A stretch of 63,915 nucleotides of DNA, the filler included, from Folioceros fuciformis (lineage: Eukaryota): NCBI GenBank assembly GCA_049999805.1. It is 12 parts of 12 records of this genome, joined end to end, with 100 filler letters (N's around TTAATTAATTAA, not from the genome) between each part and the next. Parts side by side here need not be neighbours in the genome. Positions count along the whole stretch, not along the records: positions 30,492 to 36,551 come from JBNGIO010002238.1; positions 36,652 to 38,239 come from JBNGIO010002239.1; positions 38,340 to 40,576 come from JBNGIO010002240.1; positions 40,677 to 48,255 come from JBNGIO010002241.1; 8 more parts are not named here. One strand, written 5' to 3'. The notes under the pieces were generated by a model. It was not told the DNA's origin and made no database searches. It was given only the letters and a program-made list of their open reading frames with translations. How positions within the stretch are numbered: position 1 is the first letter of the stretch; each line of letters opens with the position of its first letter. A program made the position numbers and the translations under genes. This document shows, piece by piece, positions 34,779 through 46,170 of this stretch.

Positions 34779-35767
34779 CCAATCAACTCGCCGTCCCTCC
34801 ATTCTTCTCTTGGTCATGCTACATCCCGTTTTCAAATGATTGTGATAAGATTCAATACTGTTGTTACAATCTTGCCCTGCATTAAGTAATGTGCGAACAG
34901 CTCGTATCCACATGTGCATATTTTTCCCCCATTGATCTTTGAAATATTGCACAAATGCAGGTAGATCAACCTCATATGTGTTGTAGAACATTTGCAGCTT
35001 TGCCTTGACATCATGAATGCTACACCCTTTTATGTCAATATACATAATTTCACCAAGCATTGACATCATATCACCTCGAGTTTGAGCATTCTTCACCTTT
35101 CTCAACAATTGTCTTAGCCATGCACGGTGAACATGCCAAAGGCATAGGAAAATCAATATAGAGGACTCAAATGTAAGTTGAATGGCATTAATCTCAGCTT
35201 GGCAATCGTCAACTAAAAAGGCATTAGGTGTCCACTCACCCTTGCTTTGAAGCATAGATAGCTTAAGGTCCGAAAGCCAAGTACTAATGTCCAAAGTAGT
35301 TGCTAAGTTAGTGATAATCCAAGCAGTAGGAATGCCATTCATGTGGTCGTCGAACACCAGACAAGTGAATAATTGAAACTACAAACCGTGCAAGCCAAAC
35401 ATTAGGTTAGTTTATTAACTTACCAACTTAATAAAATAATTGAACTCATGAGCTTAAATAAATAAAAACTTAACTTAAAATATGAACACCTGAACTAAAG
35501 CGTGGTGTTGTTACCTTCCATTTGTTGGTTCCAAATGTAGCATCGATGGCGATTAAGGACTTATGACCCCACTTTAGCATCATACTATGTTGAAATGGAG
35601 TTTGTATGCCAAGAATAAACTTTGGAAATGTACCTTGATACCCAATTGTACAATGGAAAACGCATTCCGAATGGAGGTGCTTCCACAAATGCACACTATC
35701 TGCGTCATTATTGTGTAGCCTCCAAGACCTTGCTTGCAACTCACTTTGAAGATTCCAAATGTCCTTT
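34779..35767 (-). mobile_element. Mutator/MULE-type DDE transposase fragment with one intron (35379-35514)
   Basis: FILGIQTPFQ...IDATFGTNKWK|FQLFTCLVFDDHMNGIPTAWII...FLVDDCQAE...CLWHV...NSIESYH; phase-0 GT..AG intron joins the two ORFs; both ends cut by LTR insertions. Confidence 0.88.
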
Positions 35768-36551
35768 TGTGGGGTTAAAATATGGTACCCGGGGGTACCG
35801 CGAGGTCCACACAAGCCCTCTATGTTGTTGTAGCTCTGGGATTCGATCCCAAGGGAATGATTTGTGTTAAACTACACAGGTTAGCTTCTAAAGTCAGCCA
35901 ACACCTAAGACTCAACTAACCCACCCCCACACGTCCAATGCTCGGACCTTACCAAGCCCCCTTACTTCTTCCTCCAGGCGACTCCCCTACCACTCGGTCG
36001 CTCCAGGGACTACCTCCCCCTGGACTACTCTTGGTTGCCCACTGGGCTACTCTCCGTTCCCCAGGGGGCTACTACCGTTGTCTTTCAGGCTACCACTCGT
36101 GGGTCCTCTCTCTCTCCCTCTCTCTCTCTCTCTCTAGAATTTTCTCTCTCCGAGTCATCCCTTTCCGACCGTTTTTTTCCGTGCATTCCCTTTGCGCTTC
36201 CCTTCCTTGGTTCTCCACAAAGCCGCCCCTCACTCAGGATCAAACGCACGCACACATGAACAGCAACAATCTGCCGGTCGCCTTCCACCCGAGGGATCTC
36301 ACACCTTAGATACACCCTGTGCAGTCTCAATTCAACTTCTTCACGACCTCTCCAGGCTCACCGTGATCAGTCACCTGCCACACCTCATTATATTCCAGAC
36401 ACATTACTCACCTCGCCCCAGGATCTCACCCGCTTTGCTCTCTCTTCTCCACTCATCAATCCTCTGTATACATTTTCCCCCTCCGGCTCAGCAGTCCTCG
36501 ATTCACTTACACTCCGCTTCACTTCCGGCTTCCACTCCTTCTGGCGTCCTT
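35768..36551 (-). repeat. LTR family C terminus
   Basis: TGTGGGG boundary; 35768-35900 homologous to 41869-42000. Confidence 0.7.
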
Positions 36552-36651
36552 NNNNNNNNNNNNNNNNNNNNNNNNNNNNNNNNNNNNNNNNNNNNTTAAT
36601 TAATTAANNNNNNNNNNNNNNNNNNNNNNNNNNNNNNNNNNNNNNNNNNNN
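36552..36651. other. Artificial contig linker
   Basis: 44N-TTAATTAATTAA-44N. Confidence 0.99.
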
Positions 36652-37291
36652 TGTGTGCACTATGAGTGCGCTGGCGCGCACAAGTGCGCTCGATTAAATA
36701 GCTAGCACACATTTTAAGCGCATAATGGTCAAAACAATCCTAAAGAAAGGAAAAAACCTTAAAAAAATCCCATTTTAAGGCAATGACTTGCACTTGTGTG
36801 CACCATGGCTTCAACGTTTTTTAGGTTTTCTTTCCCTATTTTTACTATTTTTTGGATTCTATAAAGTATAAAAAGTTCATTTCGATTGTTTTAACCCCTT
36901 TTTTCCATAGTTTTCTAGTGAGATTGGACTTGTATTCATCTTTTTTTTTTTTATGATCTAAACCTTGAGTAAGTAGTGAGGATTTTAAGAGTGTTTTGCA
37001 TCCTTAGATGTTTTAACGCCTTTTGCAACAAACGTTCTTTAGAATTATTCTCCATCGCGGCTTCACTAGCAGACGAACCTGGAAAACCCGGCAAACAAAC
37101 TTAAAGAGCCAAATGCGATGGCAAGCCAACCAAATGCAACCCTATAATATTGTCCCCATGACTGAAAGGCCAGAATCCCAGGATTCAAAGAATTAGACAT
37201 TTCGCTAGATAGGCTACATGCCTGTAAGTAGGCAGGTGTACACTTGTGCACACCTTGGTATTGTAGTTTACTAGAAATTAGCTGATTTGGA

Positions 37292-37383
37292 AATCATGTT
37301 TGAAGTGTGCCTTAAGGCACGCTTCAAACATGATTCCCTAAACCCTAAAGCAGACATTGATATAAGATATCAATGTCTGCTTT
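37292..37383. repeat. Two adjacent palindromes flanking a telo-box
   Basis: 37292-37335 has 22-bp arms, no loop and 1 mismatch; 37347-37383 has perfect 17-bp arms and a 3-nt loop; spacer CCCTAAACCCT. Confidence 0.9.
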
Positions 37384-37906
37384 CCTCAGAAAGTAGAAGT
37401 GTGTAAATTCACGTAGCAATAGTCGTTGGCCTTCTCAAACCCTTGAGTTGCAGTAGCTGGCATTTTTACAGGGTGGTGCGATGTCATATGACTAGAGCAA
37501 AAGGCACAGTTGCCTCGGCGTGGGCGTTGTGGCGTATTCCACCTCCGGCTCCGAGTCTCCTCGTCTTGCATATGCCTCCATCAAGTACTCCAACTCCTGG
37601 TCCGCCTATTCCTGGCGCCGCTGTTGAAGCAATTCTCTCCGTTTCTTCTAACTTGGATTTTTTACAAGTTCCTGGCCAAGAACCTTCAGATCTGTGATGC
37701 ACTTGTCGCTCTTCTAATGCCACCATTCAGCTCTTTTTCTCACTCGGTCTTCAATGCTCAGCAGGGAATTGTCCCCGTTGCTCCCGCTGGAGATCCTCTT
37801 CTCTACCTTTGCAATCGGTATGACGTCACTCATCTTGTATGTATAGACTTGTTCACAGCCGATGATCCAATTGCAAGGATCGTGTGCTGTCGAGGACCAG
37901 AACGAG

Positions 37907-37918
37907 GCTCTGATACCA
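37907..37918 (-). promoter_or_regulatory. Primer binding site (tRNA-iMet) of a decayed LTR element
   Basis: TGGTATCAGAGC on minus, 2 nt from a CA end at 37921. Confidence 0.75.
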
Positions 37919-38239
37919 AATGCCACAACCTTGAATTTCCAATGCAAGGATTGTGCGACTTGTGACACGTTGCTTTCATTTTGGGCAGAAAGTGCCTTAA
38001 GTACAAACTTGAGGTCATCAACCAAGAAGGCTGTGCCAACCATAAGTAACGGACCTGGGTCCCGTTACACGTTTAGGGTTTATTATTTACGAAATTATGC
38101 TGGTAACTACGGACTTACTTCCCTTTTCCTAATTACGGCGAAAAGGAAAAATAACGTGACTTTTGCCCCTTTTCCAATAGCGGGAAAAGACAACGGTTTG
38201 CAAATCCGTTGAACTCGTTTCAAACCTGTTGTGTAATTG

Positions 38240-38339
38240 NNNNNNNNNNNNNNNNNNNNNNNNNNNNNNNNNNNNNNNNNNNNTTAATTAATTAANNNNN
38301 NNNNNNNNNNNNNNNNNNNNNNNNNNNNNNNNNNNNNNN
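38240..38339. other. Artificial contig linker
   Basis: 44N-TTAATTAATTAA-44N. Confidence 0.99.
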
Positions 38340-38574
38340 CAACTCTTCTAAAGAACCTATCAACATGCAAGGGACACAATGCTGTGAAAGGGCACCAATC
38401 TGGTTGCAGCGCTTCAGATCCTGATGGCCTCCCGTGCTGGTGCAGGGCGCTCCCGCCTATGTTGTGCAGCGAAAATTTCAGGTTTGCGAGCCATCAGCCG
38501 AGGATAGAATTGGTAGGCTGAATTCTCCCTCGTCTTGGGTTTGTACAATGCTCCCTCGTGTTGCAATGTGTAGA

Positions 38575-39118
38575 TCACACAATTGTTGTGTGATAGAAGC
38601 CACAAGATTCTTGATTATTTGTAGCTTCGCTTCGAATCTTTAGATCATCAACTCTGATCTTCAGCACTTCTTGGTTTGATAGTAAACATGACAGAGTCCT
38701 CTCCACACAAGTCACGGTGGCCAAGGTCCTGTTAGCAGTGCCTTGGCTAGTTTGTGGAATTGAATTTCTGTCTATTTGCTGATCACGTCGTGTTGCTGTG
38801 ATTCTAGGTTGGAAAAGAGACTCAACAGGGAGCAATTCACGTGCTTTGTAGCGTAGATTGTGATTGTCTCCGTTGTTGACACCGTGCTTTATATAATTTA
38901 TCCTTAATTGGATTTCTGTGTGCACTTTGAGCTCTTAATCTCCCACTAGAATGGGTTTCTGCAAAACGTCTAAGGCAAATTTCTGGGTAGTTTTGCTCGT
39001 ATAGGTCTAGCAAGGTATCTGGTGGTGCAAAGGAATTGGAGACTTGTCGTCCATGACGATCTCTCTTGTTTGTGTCTAGATTATGTGCATTCCTAGCAGA
39101 TGCTCCCTGCCTAGGCAT
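38575..39118 (-). pseudogene. Extra ORF downstream of a copia-type PBS, unknown function (copy 2)
   Basis: MPR start shortly after the PBS; DTLLDLYEQNYP and LLSNQEVLKIRV motifs shared with copy 1. Confidence 0.65.
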
Positions 39119-39151
39119 TTTGCATGGAAGTTGCTGAGATGCAGAGCATGG

Positions 39152-39163
39152 GCTCTGATACCA
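39152..39163 (-). promoter_or_regulatory. Primer binding site (tRNA-iMet)
   Basis: TGGTATCAGAGC followed by CATGCTCTG as at 34598. Confidence 0.9.
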
Positions 39164-39345
39164 TGTAAATGTTCTAGATAGAACAAAAAATGATTGAATT
39201 AATTAACAACAAGGGTCTCATATGTCTTTTATATCTAAACCTAATCATGAACGGTCAAATGTCCAATGATCACATACGGTCTATAAACAATAACCTAAGC
39301 AAATGTAGGTTAACCAATATGTACGTATGCGTATATATTCTAACA
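39164..39345 (-). repeat. 182-bp 5' LTR inserted in a LINE
   Basis: TGTTAG...TTTACA on minus, AT-rich, between LINE coding sequence and the PBS. Confidence 0.8.
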
Positions 39346-40576
39346 AGGGTCAAGACGGTCCTTCACCCTTCTCCATGTCGCAGCTCGGAGGCAAGGTGTC
39401 GTAGGGGCATAAACATTGCACACTCCAACCACCCCGCACGGGAGGTGTAGTGACACCCATTGGAAGCAGAAATCTGGGTCCGTGCCATGCTCCAAGATTT
39501 TATACTGCAGTGACTAGTGGATTGTGATTGCCAGCCTTCCTTGGATCCTTGGGCAGGGGCCCAGAAGGTCTACCCCTGGATGTACAGCCGTTTCAGTGCA
39601 CAGTCTTGCACCTTTCTTGCATCTAGCTTGTGATCCTGGACATAGAAGATATCCCAATCGATCGACAATTGGGCATACGCCGATAGGGCTCTGCACTTGG
39701 AGTGCATCTTGGACCAGCGCGACAATCCTCTCACATTCCAGGAGATTACTTGTAGTTGTTGGCCTGTGACATACCTCGGTGGTATGAACGACATTAGATC
39801 AGTTGGTGCTTATCGGCCATAGCTGTCACGAGAGCTAAGCAGTCGTTAGGTGAGACTTCAACCTGACTGTTGGGCTCTGGAACTGTCACAGGGTTGGGGA
39901 GTTTGGGCCTCTCGATGCCAAACGCCTCCGATGCCAGCCATACCCAGTCTTGTCGTAGTGGGACTCCCTTGGTCCCTCCTTGCAGTGTAATCCACGTAGT
40001 GATTTGCAGTGTAGAGTGGGTTGGGGAGACGGCTTTGGTCTCTGGCATGAAGAGGAGCAAGTCATCCCTCCCGAGAGCACCGCCCTCCCCTAGGATTGTA
40101 GTCACAATGTCCAGCGCTGTCTTCCTCGAGTCTGAGGCCACCTCCAGGAATTGGGTTACACCGTCTTTCAACTGCCACAAGGCCTCAGCTTGCTCACCTT
40201 CTGCCCTGAAAACCTTGATCGTGGCACGGAATCGTGGAGCAGAGGTCGGAGGGAGAATGTATGGGAACGGAAGCCCATCATCCGTTGATGGAACGACGTC
40301 CGACATCTCGACGGACTAAGTGTTAACTGTAGCCATTGGGGGCACCACTTCACACGTGCTAGTGCCTAGGACCCTAGAAAGGGATATAGAGTCTGCCTCG
40401 GTCTCCTTGGGGTGTTGAGAGCGTTCCTACTTCCGTCCGCCCTTCGGGTGGGAGTCACCTGTTGCTATGGGATATGTTGCAGCTGCTAGTCTGGGACTGC
40501 GTCAGCGAGATGTTGAGGACGGGGCTTTGTCCGCTCTTCTCTTTGGCTTTTCATTGCCCCCGCTAGTGCTCTGAGA
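39346..40576 (-). mobile_element. L1-type LINE fragment: ORF1 C-terminus and ORF2 AP-endonuclease start
   Basis: ORF2 from 39794: VISWNVRGL...DIFYVQDHK...CNVYAPT; upstream ORF 39794-40306 overlaps it as TAATG. Confidence 0.82.
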
Positions 40577-40676
40577 NNNNNNNNNNNNNNNNNNNNNNNN
40601 NNNNNNNNNNNNNNNNNNNNTTAATTAATTAANNNNNNNNNNNNNNNNNNNNNNNNNNNNNNNNNNNNNNNNNNNN
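40577..40676. other. Artificial contig linker
   Basis: 44N-TTAATTAATTAA-44N. Confidence 0.99.
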
Positions 40677-41868
40677 GGGGGAGGGGATGCAAGCTAAGAG
40701 TGAAGGACCACCAAACTATTCTACGTATAAGAAGAGGAGAAGTTAAGACAAGCTATCATGGAGGTACAGATCCCAAGAACCAAGTGTTGCACAAGGAGTG
40801 CATCATGGGACACAGTTCTTCCTACTGGTTGCAGCTTGGTGGCAGAGTACGTCAACAACTGCTTAGCATCTAAGGAGCCATCAATTCCATCATTGCACAA
40901 CCTTAAAAAGTTGAAGCCCTAACCCGCTAGCTAGCAATCCAGTGTAAGCGATGCTTTATCACATACATACATACCAAAGTGTATGTATGTATGTATGTAA
41001 GTTATACAAATCATCCAGATTTGTCATCGAGGACTTGCAAATGTGCTTACCAACCAAACAGCTGCTCAACGAATGTTCAACTCAAGAGATCTTATTTGCC
41101 AAGATAAGTCCTTTACATTGCAATCAAGCAAGCAACCCAATCATCTAGATTGACATAGTGTCACCATATGTGCAAGTTTGGATTTGCAGCTGATGACAAA
41201 CTAGCCGTCAGTCCAATGGTGTGCTAGACCTTCACCTTGCCTTCATCAGCACCTGTCAAGGATCACAAGCGTGGATTTCTGGTTCCGGATGTTTGGTGGA
41301 TCCAGGTGCCAAGCTAGCTGCTGACTAGAAGACGCCCAACTAATAAGAACAACAAGAAGCATCACCAAGACGGACTACAAGGCTAGGTACCTGTGGAGTC
41401 ATGGTGGTATGAGGTAGAGACAAGGGGACTTGAGCCAGCAATGGAGCAAGGCATTCCATGCACTTGTGTGTTTATATGCTAGGCTAAGAGAGATGTCAGC
41501 CTAATTTCGTGCTTTATGGCAGGGATAGTTGGTGTGCTAGTTAGCCTTGCCACCACAATAATGTTGCTGGGCTTGCTTGTGCTAAGAAATCAATGGGTTC
41601 ATTTATGGGAATTATGCCTAAGAGCCAACGACATCTTGTCAATCTAACATTACAAGAAGCCTTTAAGGTGGTTGAGATTATGAGCTGTCAAAGATATTGT
41701 AGGCGTGCGTGGAATGGATTGGTCTAGAAAAGTCTGACTTGGTTTCTTTTTGCTTTGCACAATTCGAAGGGAGGCATGTGGAAGGTAGGTTTTTGGGCAA
41801 GCGCATATGGTAGGTAGTGAGCAACTAATGAAGGTTTTATTAGATTTTTTTAGTTTTGTCTTGGTAGG

Positions 41869-43450
41869 TGTGGGGGAAAATATTGCACCTGGGGGTGCTG
41901 CGAGGTCCACACAAACCCTCTTTGTCGTTATAGCACTGGGATTCGATCTCAAGGGAATGATTTGTGTCAAATAACACAAGTTTCTTCTAAAAGTCAGTTA
42001 CCACCTAGGTCAGCCTTCCGCTCACCCACCACCTATTCGGCTACCTCAACCTCATCACGACTCGACTACTACCGCCGCCCCTTGAACTACCTTAACCCTG
42101 AGCTACTCGACGGCCTACTCGGCCGCCGAGGTACGTACCTACGTCCCCCAACTACTTTGTCGTCCCTATGGCCACTGCAGCATTCGGCTACTTCCGTTGC
42201 CCCTTCCACGATGGTCGCCCAACCGGCTACTCTGGTGGGGTCCTCTCTCTCTTGACCCCCTCTCTCTCTACTCTCTCTCTCTCCCTCATTCACCCCGCAA
42301 CTTACTTTTCCGACTTATGCCTTCTGATAGTGTTAAAATCCTAGCAGTAGGATTGCATCTAATCTAGCATGATTAGGATTGCATCTAGTCTAGCATGATC
42401 AAGATGCAATGCTCAGAGAGATCTTTCGTGTTAGTCTCTAAAAGGTGTATACAAAGTGTGTCTTAAATAGCGTCACTGGGTGTCTCTTCCGAAGAGGCAC
42501 ACCCGTTCGTAATTATTAAATACTATTAATTACAGTCTACGGTAACTAGCTGGTCAGCAGGGTTACGGGCAGATTATCCATTCTGTAACAGATAGGCGGG
42601 ACTCGCTTCGGTCCTCCCTCTCCCTTTTGCAATCACTCCTGTCACACGGCTCACCTTCACTCTCACTCATGATTGCCGACTGCTTTTCTCAGGACTCGAG
42701 GACGCTTAGTTTATACACCCCTACAGTTACTAATGCTCGGCTTGCGTCCGGCCCTAGCCCCTTTCGTTTCCTCTAGGAATCCTTTGGGCTTACTGCGCGC
42801 AACGGCGCCCCCACACACATGCACACATACGCGGCTTCCCCATCAGCCAACGCACTCTCATTCGCTGTCACACCCTGCTCCCAACCTCAGGCCAGACTCT
42901 CACAACTACTCACGCGTCCTTGTGCCCCAGGCTCACGCACATACAGTCATCTCTCACTTCACGGCATTCCATCTCCAAACATAGTCACGTCCAGCTTTCG
43001 CCACCTTCGTTACTCCGATTACTCTCTGGTTAGCCACGATCACCTCGCCACAGCACCACACACCCGCCATTCCGGCTCCACCACCCCTCGCTTAGCTTCC
43101 TACACACCCCAAGCTCACACACATAGTCGCCCCAGTCATTTGGTCACACAACTTCTTCCTCCTACCATTGCCACTCTCGCGACCCACGTCCACTCACGGT
43201 CTTCACAACATCAGTCACTCAGCACCGCATTCTTTCTTCACCAACACGCATTCATGAGCGCTCTTACTCACACTCTCATTTCTCAATCCAGCCACGACTC
43301 TCAGCACTGTTCTCCAACTCGCCCATCCAGGGCCTCTCTCTCCTCTGAAATGGTAAGGATGGTGGGTCACCAGAGGCTAAGGGAAGGGGTATTCACTTCC
43401 ACTCCGAACTCGCGGATTCGGCCTCCGGCCCCTTTACCACCCCACGCAAC
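41869..43450 (-). repeat. LTR family C copy (right boundary uncertain), interrupted by a solo LTR
   Basis: TGTGGGG boundary shared with 35768; TATAAA on minus near 42710. Confidence 0.6.
42331..42590. mobile_element. 260-bp solo LTR with 5-bp TSD
   Basis: GATAG|TGTTA...TAACA|GATAG. Confidence 0.92.
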
Positions 43451-43810
43451 CGACACGAGAATAGCTGGGGAGCTCATCTCCCACTCGCCGAGGTCTCTCC
43501 TCCCGATTCTTCCCTGGGTCCTAGTTACGAAGCATCCACCACTTGCACCCGCACCCTTAGAGCACTACGTGCGCTCGCTTGCCTGGACCTCATGTCCAGC
43601 AACGGCCATCGCTAGGCTTCCACAAGGTCGGAATGTCGGGATGGTTTCTTGCTGATTTTTTTGAGGCCTCAAATTGGCCTCTTGTACACGGTAGTGGCGG
43701 TCTTTCCGCCATAAAGTCTGTAAAGGGTCAGTTAGCGCTCTTAAATTTTGAGCGGCTTAGGTCCAAGCAAAAACAATCTAAAAAAAAGCTAGTCTAGACT
43801 GTAATTACTA

Positions 43811-46170
43811 TCGCCTCCCTCTTTACTGTTGGCGCCTTCCTCCTAGCCGTCGCGCTCCTCCCCCTACTAGTCTACCTCTGGCCCTCCTACCCCGCCGCTG
43901 GTCAGGTAGGTCCTCCCACAGGACCTCCACCTCACTACTGCTACTGCTGGCCCTCGCTGGCGGCGAAGTAGGTGGGTCCCATTGCAGGAAATCCCTCTCC
44001 TCCCTCCATCGCCGATTACTGAGGATGAGGACAGGCTCCCGTTCAACCCACTACTTTGCCTCCTGCTCTGTCAGTTCCTCCAGGACTGCCTCGGAATAGC
44101 AATGAGGCAGCCCCCATACCCGCCAGCGGTAGTAGTAGATGCCCATGCGGATCTTCAGTTGTAGGCCGTAGCCCCGCGTCCCTCCTGTGCCCATACGTAC
44201 ATACAAAAACAGCTTTAGAACTCAGGCTCCTTCCACATAGAGGCTTGGCACATAAGAGGCCTCCTCCTCATACTGCAGCATAACCTGACCCTCTATCATA
44301 AAGGAGGTGCTTACCCCTTCCTCCCTTGGGCTACCTCGGACTGCTTGTCCCCTGCTCTCCTGGGGTACCTGAGAGTCCTCCATCTCTCTCACTGCTGTTG
44401 CGTGCCCCAGCTCAATCCGCTTGGTGCGAGTCGCCCTCCTGGAACGCCTGGGCACAGGCGCCTCTGCCATCATCTCTTCGGCTACTAGGGTTGTGGCTTC
44501 AGCTACCGGTGTGGCCATTCGTCTACCGGTAGCCCTGTCGGCTATCGGCACTATTGCTCGGCTACCGGTTCGGGGACTCGAATACCGGTAGCCCCTTCGG
44601 CTACCGGTGTCGCCGTCCGACTCCTGCACCTAGCCTTGCCTTTCCCTTTTATTCGCTCCCTGGCCTTGTCCCGCTCCCGTTTGTACCTGTCCGCCAGCTT
44701 CTAGACTTGTTCCATCGCGGCCATCTCCTGCTCCTGAGCCTTAGCCACCTCCTACTGTATCTCCAAATTAGTCTCATGGGCTACCCTCACCTGAGCTAGG
44801 AGTGACTCCTGTTGCTCCACCAGCGCCTGGATCTCCGCCCTGGCCTGGCACACCTCTTCTATTGCTTGTGCTTTGGCCTCGCTCAGGACCCGCTGCTCTT
44901 CTTCCAGGAGCCGTTGTGCCGTCTCAGACTTTGCCAGCTATCTCTAGGCTTCTTACTCCTTTCCACTTGCCTCTGCCTCCCTACTTCGGGCCTGGGCCTC
45001 CTTCTCCGCTTGCCTACTCAGCAAGGTCAATGCCCTGGACACTTGGTCTAATGCATCCGCTTGTGCCTGCACAACGGTTGAGGTTAGTTCTAGCAGATTC
45101 ACCTCCTGCGACCCTACCGGAGCCATTCCCCTCTAGGTTATCCGCCTTCCTAGCATCGCTCGTAATTTCTCTAGCTCCTTTGTCTGCAGCCTATCCGCTT
45201 GAGGAATTTTTCTAAAAACATCCTCCCAGTCTGGGAAGACTTTCTGCTCTGGAACGTGCCCTAATTCACTCCTCTCCTCAGGAGGGGACCCTTCCCCCGC
45301 TGGCATCTACTCCCGGGGTGCTTCCAGTTCTCCTTCGTTTGGATCCTGTTCTGCTAGCTCTTGGTCTGCTGGTTCCTAAACAGCTCCCTGCTCCTGCTCA
45401 ACCTGCTCCGGGGCTGCCTCCTGTGGCGCCGACCCGCTTCCTTTCCTGAAAATCTGGCCACTGGTCCGTCTCTGCTTGGCAGGAGCCTTTTTCCCTAACC
45501 CTGCCTTCTGCTTCTGCCTGGTAGGGGTCCCCTCCTCCGAACTATCCGCACTGCCTGACTCACAGCTGCTGGAGTCGGCTCCTACTAGTTCAGCGGGCTT
45601 CCACTTCACATCCCTTATCGGTCTCCACATGTGCAGTGAGGCGAGCACCTCCAGCTCAGACACGAGGTTAGCATAGTAGTAGATATGAATTAGAAAGGGA
45701 GAAATCATAAAAGGCCGGGGAGAGGACAGGGTTAGATTCTGCCTCTCCTCGTCCATCCTGGCGTACAGGATTTTCCCCCAGTCCACCTTGCTCCCCTTGA
45801 CTACCTCGTGCACAAACAGGAGCATCTGGTCGGATAGATAATCCTGCTTGCGAACCTGCAGGAAACACATGAACCACCTGGCCAGACCCATCAGCTGAGG
45901 GTTGGCCATGTCGCAAACCAGCCACCCATTGGCTTCCTTCTTGGTGCCTAGTTTGAGTAGCCTCTCGGCCTCCGCTGTGCCACCTCGTTTCTTCAGGGAC
46001 TCCAGCACCGGTCCTCCCACCTCCTGCTGATCGTGGCCATACACCCGCCTTACCAACTCCAAGTTTCACCCCTGGGGTCTGCCGCGGATTCCCTCTTCTT
46101 GGACTGGCTCTCTCATCTTCAGGGCGCACTCCCTGACCAGCTGTGGCGCCGCATGGTTCCACCTCTGGTC
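43811..46170 (-). pseudogene. Retrotransposon accessory ORF, copy 2 (conserved domain, low-complexity linker, coiled coil)
   Basis: 45376-46062 ORF homologous to copies 1 and 3; downstream E/Q/A-rich heptad-like region at 44650-45050 and ORF 44222-44629, broken by stops. Confidence 0.8.

Noticed and set aside
40677-41640. Possible decayed coding sequence
   Set aside because: No recognisable motif in any frame
42819-43655. 278-aa H/S/T/P-rich ORF
   Set aside because: Compositional by-product of C/A/T-rich LTR sequence; no motifs
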